DNA of 45,283 bases, filler included, from Catajapyx aquilonaris (taxonomy: Eukaryota), in NCBI GenBank assembly GCA_000934665.2. It is 2 parts of 2 records of this genome, joined end to end, with 100 filler letters (N's around TTAATTAATTAA, not from the genome) between each part and the next. Parts side by side here need not be neighbours in the genome. Positions count along the whole stretch, not along the records: positions 22,601 to 45,283 come from KZ539429.1; 1 more part is not named here. One strand, written 5' to 3'. The stretch's first letter is position 1; every line of letters starts with the position of its first letter. A program made the position numbers and the translations under genes. Positions 23,961-36,800 of the stretch are shown here, one piece after another. The notes beneath the pieces were generated by a model that saw only the letters and a list, made by a program, of their open reading frames with translations, was not told the origin of the DNA and made no database searches.

Positions 23961-24105
23961 TTTAGCCCCTTGGGATTGGAAGCACGACACGAGAGGGAAA
24001 AGCTCCCGAAGTTAGAGGCATATTTGTTTATTGTCTGGGAGCACCAGGGAGTACCAAGGAGTACCTCTGCAGGTGTACACCGGAGTACCGAAGTGAGTAC
24101 CCCCT

Positions 24106-24765
24106 TGGCCAGGACAAACGAATATGCAGGGTGGGGAACAGTGGTCATGTTATTTTTTCATCAGGAAGTCCCTGACGGTCCCTGACTACGCGTGAAGCGT
24201 GTGCAGGATGCATTGTCATGGTGCAGCAACCAGTCTTTATGTTCTTCCACATCTCCGGCCATTTGAGCCTAAATCGTCTCAAACCATTCCAGTAGGCCCT
24301 AATACTTGCCGTTGACAGTTTTACCAGGAGGGAGAAACTCCATATGCATAATTCCTAAAATGTCAAAGAAAATGATCAGCATTGAGTTGATTTTGCTGCA
24401 AACTTGACGCGCCACCTTCGAAGCTGTTAACCCACTCATATACGTATGTTATTGCTTGTCTTACAACTTGCTCATCAAAAGCCTTGTTCAGCATTCGGTT
24501 GGTTGCATCTGAAGTTTTGTTGAGCTGGAAGCAAAATTTACAAATCTTTTGCTTCCTAACATAAGCGATTTCGAAAAATCGCAGAAGCACAAGAACATGG
24601 TGTCAAGAAAACTGTCGAAACTCGGAAACATGTGCACCTATGAAGACGAAATTTTTCAGGCTAATAAATGAAAGGTGTACCTAGCGCCCCATAACGTCAC
24701 AAGTTCGTACCTCCACTGGATTTCACGGTATATCGACAGTCCGGGAACTTTTTGATCACACCTCG
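24106..24765 (-). mobile_element. Internally deleted, 3'-truncated mariner transposon fossil
   Basis: TA|CGAGGTGTGATCAAAAAGTTCCCGGACTG TIR at 24765. N-terminal HTH QKICKFCFQLNKTSDATNRMLNKAFDEQ...VYEWVNSFEGG is joined at ~24412 to ARQVCSKINSMLIIFFDILGIMHMEFLPPGKTVNGKY*, then WLLHHDNA (~24210-24232) and TTVPHPAYSFVLA (a degenerate YSPDLAP motif). Contains stops and frameshifts. Confidence 0.93.
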
Positions 24766-24864
24766 TACACCTTTAAATTATTTTCGTAGTTTCCATCGAT
24801 GTGTGGAAGCCGCAAAGAAAGCATACTTTCTCTCAAGGGTTCCAAAAAATTTCACACATCACTT

Positions 24865-24935
24865 GGGTGTCACCCCCTTTGAGGGTGGCACCCGGTGCGG
24901 TCCGCACCCCCCGCACCTGCCTAGCGACGCCACTG
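24865..24935 (-). mobile_element. Solo hAT-like terminus
   Basis: Minus strand reads CAGTGGCGTCGCTAGG...GGGGGGTGCGGACCGCACCGGGTGCCACCC, a familiar hAT-type end with GC-rich subterminal palindromes. Partner end not found. Confidence 0.6.
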
Positions 24936-27900
24936 TCAATTACAATTATTTGGCTTTCAAATGGATCAAGTTGGGTACCTGAAGATTAAAGAGATGTTAA
25001 TGACGGAATTTTAAAATATTCGCATTAGGTTGACGACAATCAAGTCACATGTCCTGTCAGTGACACTTGCTGTTGGATAAGTGTAGTAACATTCAAGGCT
25101 GCATTAGATTTGAAGCGCAAACCTGAAAAATGTAAAATTATATCAGTAATGTTGGAATTATTTAGACATGACCTGCTTCTACTTGGCACATTTGTACAGA
25201 TCCTGTTGTTTGCAGACTTTTTTCCGGCCTGACTTCTGGGTGGTCTCCAGTCAACATCAAGTCAACTCAGCCACTCTCAGGTGGCATCTTCGTGGGACCA
25301 CGGACTTCCGTCGGTACCTGCATCGGTCGAGTCGACTATAGCGTATATGGCTCAAGAGGACGTTGAGTGGTACCAGCTAACATTAATATTTCATTAGGCG
25401 AGAGATAATTCGGAAAGACATCTCCACCATAAAAGCTAGTCAAGTTGCCCTGCGGTGTATTAAACAATGTTGCATATGCAGAAATGTTATTAAACTTTTT
25501 AACCTGGTAACGGAAGATAATATAGCGTCACTGAATTACAGTCGAGTTAAATACGTTATGGTGCAGCACCGGAATGATATCCAGTGCATGTAGGCCCATC
25601 ATTGGTAATAGGTTTTTTTTTTATTGTAGTGCTTGTCTTATAGTTACCACTATGCTGCGTATTATTTTAATGGCTATAAAAAAATTAAGGGAGTAATTTA
25701 GAAATTTTCGTCCAGTGATGAAAATTTTGATGAGGACAGATTTCTTGCTTATTGTTGCAAATTATGGCGATCTGTAAAGTGTGTGATGACTAACAGCTTC
25801 CTCAGTTTCAGGTCACACCTCCATCTGTCCAAAACCATCTGGAGAACCACCTTGGAGCAGCAGCAAAAGGTGCAGAGAAGAACCAGTGAATATGGAATTG
25901 CAGCATCATCACTCTCATCAGTTATCACCAGCATGCAGCAGGAGAACCACCAGAATCTATACATCTAACTCAGACAATGCAGATTGTTGACCAGTTTTCG
26001 TACATGAATACACACGTGTTTGCATTTCAACGGATCTGCCTGGATTGAGGAAGCTCCATTTGCAATAAATAGCTAACTGCAGTTTAATTTGGCTCGTTGA
26101 CACCATTAGCTCTTAGCGGTCAGTTAAAAGGAGGCAAAATGGTTCTTTCACATACGGCGCACGTGTGAAGTGTTCCAGACTTCCAGAGGATGTGAAATTA
26201 AAGCAAACAGCTGTGTTAATCTTTTCATATTTGTATTACTGTGCAAATAACATGCGTCGACAAGATTAACTCTCCTTGTGCTACCTTATATTTGAGAAAA
26301 AAAGAAGCTACTGTATACCACAAGCGAAGAGATGGCACCAGGGTGCTGGTAAAGCACAGACTTTAATTCTCCCGAAAACTAAGAGGTGGCATGAGCTGCC
26401 TTCATGCCAAACCCCGTCCAAAGGGGCCCATTTGTTCCGAGCACAATTTCAATGACGATTTGCCCACCGATCCTCAGAACTCTTTAATTAATTATGCACC
26501 CAAGGCACGCACACGCCCCCCTTTTTTTATTTCTTTCATATATAGATATAGAGTATACGACTCGCACACACACACATTCGCATGATTTATATCTGCTGGG
26601 TTGCACTTGAGGATGAATGTTTCATGCACCAGATCTTTCGATACGTCGGAGTACACTTTATACCAGAGGTTTTAGCATGGCTACGTTGCTGGTTAATTTA
26701 GTGAAGCCTCAAGATTTGATCTCCAGAGAGCAATCCCGCTAATTCCCGCACGCATCAACGTAATTGCAAGTTGCACCTTGCATTACTTGCGTGATATGCC
26801 CAGGGAAGCTTTAACTGGCCGACACACAGACTTGAAATTTACGCGTGGTTCTTGCCTCTCCTGCGGAATTGTAATTATGAAGTAACACGTTTTCCTTAGC
26901 CTTGCTCGAGCCTTGCCATTATCGTAATTGACGCTCTCTCGCCGGTTACACGTCAGGGGTAAGCAACGTAGCGGACGTTAATTCAATTAACTTTTTTTTA
27001 ACACGCGGCAGACTTTGGGGCTTGTGTTCTGCGCGATAAAAACCGGTCGCATTCAGAATAATCTTAACCGCTGACCCATCACACGCGTCAAAAATAGCCG
27101 TAAGCTGCTTACAGCCAAACAGTTTAAAACTCGGGTTTAAATGTCAGAAACAACCGATTCCGATAAGGCTAAATATCACATTACCATAATCGTGTGAGTG
27201 TTGTGAGAATCAAAATCTACCAGTGCACTACACATTAAGCGGAGATAAGGGGCCATCCGTATAGGGCATGTCACTCTAATTTTCATAATTATTAACTTCC
27301 ATAACCCCATGTCACGTCTAGGCTAGACTTACAGCTCATTTTCCACTCGAAATTGACGTGATATTTATTAATAGCTGATATCATACTATTATGCAGGGCT
27401 CATTTATTAATTTTTATGAGGGACAATAAGGGGCAAATGCTGTAGGAGTATACTTAGACACTGTTTTTATGTAACGTAGTTTCGCTGCTGCTGTGGATAG
27501 CATCCCTTTCTACCCAAATTTGTGGTATGTCATTATGAATTATTATTTTTAAACCATGCACTTTTATGCACCTAATATCGCAAGTGGTCTGTCCAAGGTT
27601 CATACCCATCGCATGGGTTGAACCTAAGGAGCCCTCTTGTTCCTCCTTCTCCTCTCCTTCCTTGCTCTCCTCGTCGTCTTGTCGGCGTCGTCATTGGGAA
27701 TAGAAGGCGTGTGGAGGAAATGCCAAGGGGGCCGCATGAAGCCATAATAACGCTTCCAAAACTCATTAGTCAAGAATGCGGCGGAAATTACTGGAGGGAG
27801 ACAAGTGGAACGGGAGGCCTGCCCAGGAGACCTCGCCCAGAACCCAACATAATGAAAAGCCCCTCTTCTCTCCTCCTCTCCTCCGCCTCTGGTGCTGTGC

Positions 27901-30900
27901 TGCTGCCTTCTCAGAAAACCCCTCAGCGGTCGAAGCCTCTCGCTCGACCCCCCCCCCCCNCCCCCCCAGCAGAGATGCTGCCCAAAAATCTGGACCAGCC
28001 GGTAGATGCAACCCAGTTCGCCCCCTGCCGGTGGCGTCCCAGAACTAACGCCCCCGCAACCCAATGTCTGAGGTCAAATGGGACGTCAATTTTTCCGTAT
28101 ACGAAAATAAAAACGTGATATCATCCTTTTCCATCCTACCCAAACAATAACGCCCTGATTGCAAATAACCGTATGCTTTTCCTTTCCATCCAGCGGCAAG
28201 CATAACGACTCTTTGATGACTCCGTAATAAGCGCGTGATGCCAGGGACGGGGGTAAAATCGACACAACTCGCTGCCTGGCTTGCTAACGAACGGACAAAA
28301 GGGTGGGTTGGCCACGACACCAATCGGCAGTTGCTATCCTGCAGAGATAAAGAGAGGGAGGCAGAAAATGGGAATGAAGTCACTCACAAAAATATACAGT
28401 ATATATAGAAAAAAAAAAGTAGAGCATGGGGGGATTCTTTTTGGGCTTGTAAATTACGGAGGAAAACACTCCAGGTAATGAGATATAACGAGGCAGCAAA
28501 TTGTAAGTCTCAGTAGAGTTATGGTGTGCCGCATGCTGGAAGTTGAAAGAAGCAAGCATGAAAGGAAAATTGGCCGGCAGAGAGGCGGGAGAGGGGGGTA
28601 AAAAAAAGCCAGAGAGAAAATGGGCACGTGTGTCCCACTCTCTGGGTGTAATTTCACTACGTATATAATTGTGTGTGTATATGCTTATAGCCAATCAACC
28701 TCTTGTCACTGCTCTCTACAATCACCCTAATGATGCCTGGTCACGTGGCGCACTTCAGAACGACTCTGAATCCTTCACCTGTGAATATGGGATCATCACA
28801 GCTCAAACCGGACCAATTAACAATTGTCCAAGAGACGTTTTGAGGGAATTACTGCTCGGTTTTTCTGTGCAACTCCGGTTCAGTCGGATTGCTCCCCAGT
28901 TCGTATTATAAATTGTTTACTCCAATAAGAGAAACAACAATTTGACAAAACGGGTGTTTTCAAGGCTGGTTGTTTTCAAAATTGGAAATTGGGAACTGAA
29001 AGTTCACTTAAGTGCTCAAAATGGGAAGTTTATTAGTCATTCGAAGTTCCTTCCTGTCCCTACATGCTGACACACCGTTTCGTGTATGTGTCTCGTCACA
29101 CATACGGTCCATTTAGTAAGCGAGGTAGAGAGAGAGTGGTATAGGGGGGGGATCGCGTGTGTTGCGTTGGAGCCACTTAAGTTGGGAGCAAATCAATTGA
29201 TGTGGTAGGCAGCTGCATTACTAGGGCTGCACACTGGTGATGAACTGAGTGGTGGAGACACATGCATCATGACTGGGAGAAGCCAGAAACAGCGCCATGG
29301 CACCATTGATGGTGCCTGAAAGACCTGAACTAGACACGGGAAAAAAACACCGCAGGATAATAAAGAAAGGAAGACAAGGTGGGACATGCAGGGACATACA
29401 AGTTGCTATGGATACCTCTCGACGTTAGGCGGACTTCGAAAAAATGGACCGAGCTGCGAAAAAAAGGAGAGAGAGAGAAGCCGATGGCAAAATTGATCGC
29501 CATTCTCGTGTGCAGAGGACAGGACACTGGGGCTACTCAAAATGGCGTCATTCGGCGTCGTGTCCCAAACAACAATGCATACTATAGGGTGGTGCAATTG
29601 GCAAACAATTCCATATGTTTAGGTTCTCTCCACCTGAATCCATGCCATCTTCCAGTCTAAAAACATGGCTTTCCGACAGCTGCATCCCAGCTTATCACCA
29701 GATATCACTGCCCCGGAACATGTGCGACAAAAAAAAACTCAGAATCTGATGTTTTTGTGCTATAGTCAAAGCCTGGGACACTATGCAAAAGCGCATAACC
29801 CCCTGCTTTGAATATGAATAATTGAAGGTAATCACCATCATCTGCATGTGTGCCAAAATCTTGCATCTCCCCGTCTAAGTCCTTTTATGGTCGGTTAGGG
29901 AGCCATCCATTCGCTGTTGTGGCAATCGCTAATAAGCCTGGGAACCCAAACATTTGCAACCCTGATGATAGCAAGGTTGTAGCTGCTGCTTTTCCTTTTT
30001 GGCAAAACTGCTGGCAGATAATGCAACACTCGGCGGGATGAATCTGGGTAAATTTATCGCCAGGTTGACATTCCCTGTGTCGCTCAATCTCCATAAAAAT
30101 ATTCACATAATTTTTTTTTCTGGTCGTTGCCGCGCTTTGGCTTCTGATGTCTCTAGGCCCAATCTGACTTTTTCCGCAATTTATCACCAACTGTAATTAA
30201 TTCGCGGTTTACGGCCCAGGTTTTCGCAATGATATATTTTTTTCGCTCCGACCATCAGCAGCAGGATCTAAAATTTTGTTTTTGCCCAAGAGAAATTCCA
30301 GACTTTTTTCCCCTCTCACCTGCTGGTCGAATCTCAGGTATTCAGGAGTCCGGAATCCACCGGTGTAACCCTGCCCGGTATTAGATCACATTCTTTAGCG
30401 TAAAACCTTCTTTTTTTTCTTCCTAGGAAGGTTTCCAGCATTCCCGCAAGATTGGGCGCATTTTCCGTCTCCAGGATATCAAACACCTCTCTTCTCCTAT
30501 ACACCAATCCTTCCTCCCCTTTTGCTGAAGTATATTGATCACCTGGGCAGGCCTGCACATTGCGAAAACTGATTACCCATCCAATGAGAAACCTCGGCGA
30601 CTTCATCCCTTTCATTAAAAATGGAGCGAGGGCTCCCAGGAAACAGGGAGAGAAAAAAAAGGAAAGAAGAAAAAAAAAATCGAGGGAACCGAGTCTCCTC
30701 GGCCCTTCAGATTGGGGGATGGAGCCCGGTCCTTTTCATTCCCTACAGACGTGCCGACAGCACGAAGTGCTGTATAAAATCACAGTCAGCCAACTGTAAG
30801 GGAAAAAGCTCGTTAAGAAGTGTTTCCACCTAGTCTGGCTCCCAACTTTGCTCACCTCCCGGAGTTTTTCGCCGAAACTTCCCTCTACCAACGCTGATTT

Positions 30901-31427
30901 TTTTTCTCTCCTCTTTTTCGTGAAGCTTCATTTTTGCTGCCATATCGATGCGAGATATATGCGCCGAAAAATAAGAGAGCAATCGTATAACTGTTCGGAC
31001 TGAAGGGGTTTTTTTTTGGTGGGGGTTCGCAGGAGCAATGGTCGATTCTTGTCATATTGGAGATTTCAGCTAATGTGTCAGAAACGTAAGAAAATCTATT
31101 ATTATCCGGAAAATCTTTCCTCACAATGGTGCAACCTGCCCTAATAAACGGAGAGAAGTTTTTTCCAAAATATAATCTGAATTGTTTTATTAGGAACCAC
31201 CTCAGGACCCTCCGGATAGAATTCACTGGATATTACTGGGATATTATTTTGTTCCCCTCAAACCTGCCTTTTTGATTGTTCCGCTTCTTCACTGGTTTTA
31301 TGAAAATACTGAACCTTTGTAAATAATTGTTTTAATGTAATTATCTGTATGTTGTAACGAAGTCTGATAAATTCAGAGATAATTATGTGGGAGTATGTGG
31401 TGTAAAATTATTCTTCTATACTTCATA

Positions 31428-31761
31428 CAGGGTGTTTCAACTTTTTTGTCCGAACAGTTTTCGGAAAATTGCACGTAGCTGCTACTTTGTAAGCAGTGAC
31501 TTGCAAACGGTGATTTTTCGGAGGAACGGGGGGAATATTCCCTGCGAATCGTAGGTTGAAGTGTCATACGTGCTGCCCGTTGAAAATTGAGGGTCAAGCC
31601 TGGAAAAACAGAGGATCACACATTCCATGGGATGTGTGACCCTCTTTTTCCCCATTCCCCATTCCTCCGACAAATCACTGGTTGCAAGTCACGGCTTACA
31701 AAGTAGCAGCTACGTGCAATTTTCCGATAACTGTTCAGACAAAAAAAATTGAAACACCCTG
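31428..31761. mobile_element. CAGGGTG-ended MITE with ~105-bp TIRs and TA TSD
   Basis: TA|CAGGGTGTTTCAA...TTGAAACACCCTG|TA with long imperfect arms. Confidence 0.92.
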
Positions 31762-32878
31762 TATATCCCATCCGCTTGTAAAGTTGTCTTTTTCATTACT
31801 TAAGATTCTTTATGATGTGTATTTGGGTACACTGTGAGTGTCCGAGTTAAAATTTTTTTAAAAAATTTAAACAATTAGGACCAACCACTGTAATTCCTGA
31901 CTGGTTTATTTCTTGGTGCTTTCAGATCGTGCGTGTCGTACCCCAAAACAAACACAAAAAATAGGCGTGGGAAATGAAATACTACTCATGCGGCTGACGG
32001 AATAACAGTTTTTTTTCGGAGGCCTGGCTTATCCACATTACTGCGTAGGGTGGGTCCCGCATTTTCACATCATTAATCTGCATTAAAACAGGTTGCAAAA
32101 ACCCCTCCTGGGGCACCACGCAAATGTCGAGAATCGAAACAGTGGAGTTCCATTTAAGCAAAATTTTGCAATGCGTGACGGTCTCGTGACGGTTTTTACC
32201 TCTCTCTCTCTCCCCCTCCTCTTCTGAAACTGTTTTATCCGGTGGCAAGACGCATCAAGATCCGGGTTTTTTTTTCCCTCTCTCTTTTTTTTCCTGGGGC
32301 TGAGTCTCCCAAGTCTAATTACGCTCTCGGAAGTGATGGGACTTGCCTTGGAAAATGGAAGGAAAATCGCGTTATTCTCGTAATTTCGTGGTAGTAAATT
32401 GGGTTTTTGTGAACAGAGGGTGACGTTACAGCCCCGCGAGCCCTTCCTCGAAAAACCTGGTGGGGAGAGAAAAGCTAGGTGGTATAGAGGGGGGAGGGGG
32501 AGAAAAAAAGAGCTTGAAGAATAGCTTCCGGCGAAATCGCAAGGTAGACACCTCATCGATGCCTCCTTTGAAGATCAAACGTCATCAGGTTTCTTTGAAA
32601 TTCGCCCGGATTCAGGTTAAGCAAACCTGCTCCGAAAATTTGTTTAATGTTATTAATCCGAAAGCCGGGACCCGGATCGAACAAAGATTTTTTTTTTTTT
32701 TTGAAGGGGGCTGCAACAACCACCCTTCAAATTGCGAAACACCATGTATCAGAACGTCATGCCACAAAACTGCCAGTTATATTTTAGGCCAGAATTTTTG
32801 GTCATGACGTGAGTTCAATTTATGCCAAGAACACATGGGCTGGAAATAAACATTGCTGCCTTTATTTTCTACAAGTTT

Positions 32879-32949
32879 CAGTACTCTCAGTAGTCTGAAA
32901 GTACTGAAGGTACTGAAAGTACTCTCTGTAGTCTGAAAGTCTGAAGGTA
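32879..32949. repeat. Short tandem duplication built of CTGAA(A/G)GTA units
   Basis: AGTACTCTC(A/T)GTAGTCTGAAAGT occurs twice, about 39 bp apart. Confidence 0.7.
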
Positions 32950-32962
32950 TAGCCATGATATA

Positions 32963-33169
32963 CAGGGTGGACCAACTTCAAGTGTCGTTTTATAACGGCT
33001 ATTAATAGAAGCGCTTTAGATCGACGTAGCAGCGACGTGTAAAAAGGCCTATTTCGATGGCGCCGAAGCTTGGCCGAAGTGGGACATTTTACACGTCGCT
33101 GCTACGTCATCGCAAATTCACTGCTATTAATCGCCGTTATAAAACGACACTTGAAGTGTGTCCACCCTG
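32963..33169. mobile_element. CAGGGTG-ended, almost wholly palindromic MITE with TA TSD
   Basis: TA|CAGGGTGGAC..ACTTCAAGTGTCGTTTTATAACGGC ... GCCGTTATAAAACGACACTTGAAGT..GTCCACCCTG|TA. Confidence 0.92.
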
Positions 33170-33199
33170 TATACATAAGTACAAACTTTCCCAATTATA

Positions 33200-33424
33200 C
33201 AGTCTAAAATATTTTGAGTGAAACTTGTACATTCGGAAAATGCTCCTTTTGAGTGATTTTTACTCCACAAAGAGTAGATTTAACTCAAATCGAGTCGAAA
33301 ATTACTGGAAAAATTAGTGATAATGAGAAGCAGCCTGCTATTTCTTTTAGTGAAACACATTCCACTCAATTTGAGATTGTTTTTCGCTCAATTTGAGTGG
33401 AAATCACTCAAATAAATTTAAATG
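33200..33424. mobile_element. Degenerate foldback element made of ACTCAAxTTGAGT modules
   Basis: Repeated TTTGAGTG and CACTCAA motifs in both orientations. Imperfect terminal repeats flanked by TA. Confidence 0.45.
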
Positions 33425-33702
33425 TACTACAGTACATGAGATTGTTTGCTGCATGTAAAACAATCAAAATCTAGATTGTGGCCAGTGCAACACTCTGCAT
33501 ATCAGACACGTATTAAGAATCATTGGCCCACCAACAGGATTCGTCTGAGCCAAATCGTCGCCTATACTCTCTCTTTTATCAGAGAACTTTGGTCCTGGGT
33601 ATCAACTAATAGGTGGTTTGGTATTGTTTGCTCTGCACTCGATATCCAGTAACGCGTCGCTGTAATAAGTTTCGATTCCGTCCCGCCTAGAGGGGGGGGG
33701 GG

Positions 33703-33807
33703 NNNNNNNNNNNNNNNNNNNNNNNNNNNNNNNNNNNNNNNNNNNNNNNNNNNNNNNNNNNNNNNNNNNNNNNNNNNNNNNNNNNNNNNNNNNNNNNNNN
33801 NNNNNNN
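33703..33807. other. Assembly gap (105 N) flanked by G runs
   Basis: N run with poly-G on both sides. Confidence 0.95.
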
Positions 33808-36800
33808 GGGGGGGGGACACCATTTATTCGACTCATGGGGTTTACTTATGCGACCACCGATTCTAAGAACCGGATCGGACCAGAGAGGAAAACAAGATGC
33901 AAGAAAATCGTAAGTGCGACATTACAAAAATCACACCCACAGTTTATGCCAGTTCATTACAAGAAAGCGCAATGCAAGCACGGACACGCCACAATTACTT
34001 TGCAAATGGCGACGAACTTGCTCGAAATTTTTGGGATGATTGTTAACGCTAAATGGCAAAATTCCACTAATAAGTTGCGTGACCATGAATATATTTCTTG
34101 AGTTAACGAGGGCTTACGTTTGTATGTGCAAAATGAGTTGAAGTAGTTACTCCGGCCTTTATTCAAGTGCTGATGAGAAAAAGCACACACCTTGTTATTA
34201 CACATAATTTTATAAGCGACTTTTGTATGATTTTCAGACATATTTTGAGACAACACCTGCGCGTTATTTCGGGTACTTGGCAAAGTAATTTGCACTCCGC
34301 TGCCTGATCATTACACTTTGCGAGCTAGCTAGCGGTACAAGGATAATGATTACGCACCACGCGCGATTAGTTAATGATATCTGACTGCTCATATGCACGT
34401 TTAATATGTACGTGTGCCTGTGACGAGAACCGCAGTCAATATCACGTGAAATCGGATATCCGATTCGACGCAGTGTTCATGTGTTAGTTGGCAATAAATT
34501 GCTGGTAGACGATAATTAATAAAAACTACAAATATGCCCACATATATTATAGCCCGGTGATTAATCGACTAATTGCATAATCGATATCGCAGGTTTAGTA
34601 TGGGCGGAGCAAAGCCCCCTCCCCCAGCAGCATTGTTCGGAGCCCTATAAATAAGTAACTAGTGTGTATGTATGGCCAGCACAGGAGCAGCGTGACTGGA
34701 GGCCATTCAAACTATTTTCCCTTCTTGTTGTTGACAGGGACTCTTTCTTGTCCAGCTGAATTCAGGGACTATAGATTACGGATGAAAACGAATCGTAAGT
34801 GTTCAGGCTGCAGCATTACACGTTTGGTGCTGCTTCCAGGCAAACAATGTCATTTTCACTTGGAGTAATACAGCGACTGCACTGACCCTTCCAAGCACAG
34901 ACACATTGTGGGCGGTACAGGTAGCTAATTGAAATGCATATACTGTACAAATAGTTGCACAAAGGCCTACACACATTCATACAATCTTCTACTGTATAAG
35001 TTGAACTTTTGAAGAGATTGGAGGCTCACTTTATGTTACTGAACTGTGCTTAAGACAAATAAATATATTATTGTAATATTTTGAAAACATCGAAATGATG
35101 ACAATCTTTGTGGCATTGTCACGCGATATTAATTTCAACTGCGGCCCTCATTAAGTGTAAAGCAGCCGCGACACAGGATATGACATAATGTTCTCTTTGA
35201 TTAATGAGAACGTAACTCACTAACAAGGTGTCGGTATCACTGCGGAACACCGTCATTGTCTAAATGTGGAAAAACTGTGTAATCTATCTCTATGCAAATA
35301 TCAACACTCAAGCAAGATGCAGATGACAGTATATAATTTTGTTTCAAAAACTGTACACTAGGTGGTTGTATTGAGTGCGCAATTTCATTTTTTCCCCGTG
35401 GCACACAAGTACGGGGCAGATAACCAGCTGGGAAGTGTTTCCGCCACAATGTCACCAGTCCTAAAAACATTAGTGCCTATAATCCCTCCCTGCTCGTCCG
35501 CATGTCAGCTCATTGTTGCCACGAATAGGCGTAAAATAGCTGCCGCTAACCCAGATAGTTGATGCTTGATGGACATGCCATTGTTTTTGTCAGCCCATCC
35601 TTTTCTTCGCGTCTGACTAAACTGCTGGCCCACAGCTTAGTTGTGGGGCTACACTACATGCAAATGGAAATGCATTGCGCACAATTGAGCGCGTTGCATC
35701 ACAAGAGAAAATAAGTAACCTTGTTTGTGGAGCTAATCGAATCGGCGGGGCAATGAAATCGTAGTGGTCTGGCGCTTATGTGTGTGCGGCCAGATACGGG
35801 GGTCCTGACGGAGGAGGAAAAGCCTGGGCTCAATTTCATTTCCTACCCTCTACACCCGCCCTCCCCCACCTTCCCCGTATGCTACCGGAACACAATCCCC
35901 ACGAGCGCTTGTCCACAAACTATGTTATGGAGATGAGGCCATCGCACGTTATGAAATCAACTGGGGAGGTCCAAGTACTTTCACCTGACAGTTACGACGC
36001 TTTACTCACTGCCCCACCAAAAACAATGGACGGAGTGACATTCAACGTATCATTTTGAGAGTGGTTGGTTGGTTGGGGGAGAGTAGTAGTGGAGCAAGCA
36101 GGATAGTTATCATTTTGCAACAATGTTACGTTTTTGGGCATGGAGCAAACATGTAAATGACACAATAGGACAAATTATTTGCAGAAATCATGTTTTTGCC
36201 TTTTCCGGAAGGGGATATGTGTTAGCTCTGGATTAATCCCAATGTGTGATTCCACCGGTAGTGGTGTCAACTGCTGTCCGTCACTGATAACATGGCAAAT
36301 GACCAATATGTGATACAAGCGTCCACTGTGGCAAGGTACACGATGCTAACAACAATATCCCGGCGCAGCAGCAATTGTAATAATCCGCAGTTGAAAAATT
36401 GATATCGACACATTGAAGGCTGGAAAATAACATATCGCAATGAACAAGGGCATTTAACTCCCAATCAAAACAGCTCATTTTAACACTCCTCATTTTATTT
36501 ACTTTCGTCGTTTAAAACCCATGTATTTCAGGCAAAACATAATATCTGGGAAGCAATATGTTTCTATGATGTGGTGTGGCGCTTGTCCTTTGTACTGTAG
36601 CATTCACTGATACATTTGAAGCCGTTGATATAGCGTACAGTACGTATTGCAGTCACTGCTTCAACATGCTGGTATTCAAGCAATGTATCAAGAGCAAAAC
36701 GATAATAAGCTTAATCTCGGATATCTTCTACTTCACCATCCGTCAAATTATACTGTAAGAGAACTACTCGTGAACTTCTAAACACATCTTGTGGGCATGG

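Noticed and set aside
26391..26585. ICSEH motif suggesting a THAP domain
   Set aside because: Lacks the N-terminal C-x2-4-C and the Trp; a five-residue match is expected by chance.
27618..28118. 166-aa Pro/Ser/Arg-rich ORF and its antisense ORFs
   Set aside because: GC-rich low-complexity tract open in several frames, containing an N, with no family signature.
33691..33816. Long G tracts as G-quadruplex elements (also C/G runs with single Ns at 2115, 27960, 41646)
   Set aside because: Homopolymer lengths are unreliable here because they coincide with gaps and ambiguous bases.
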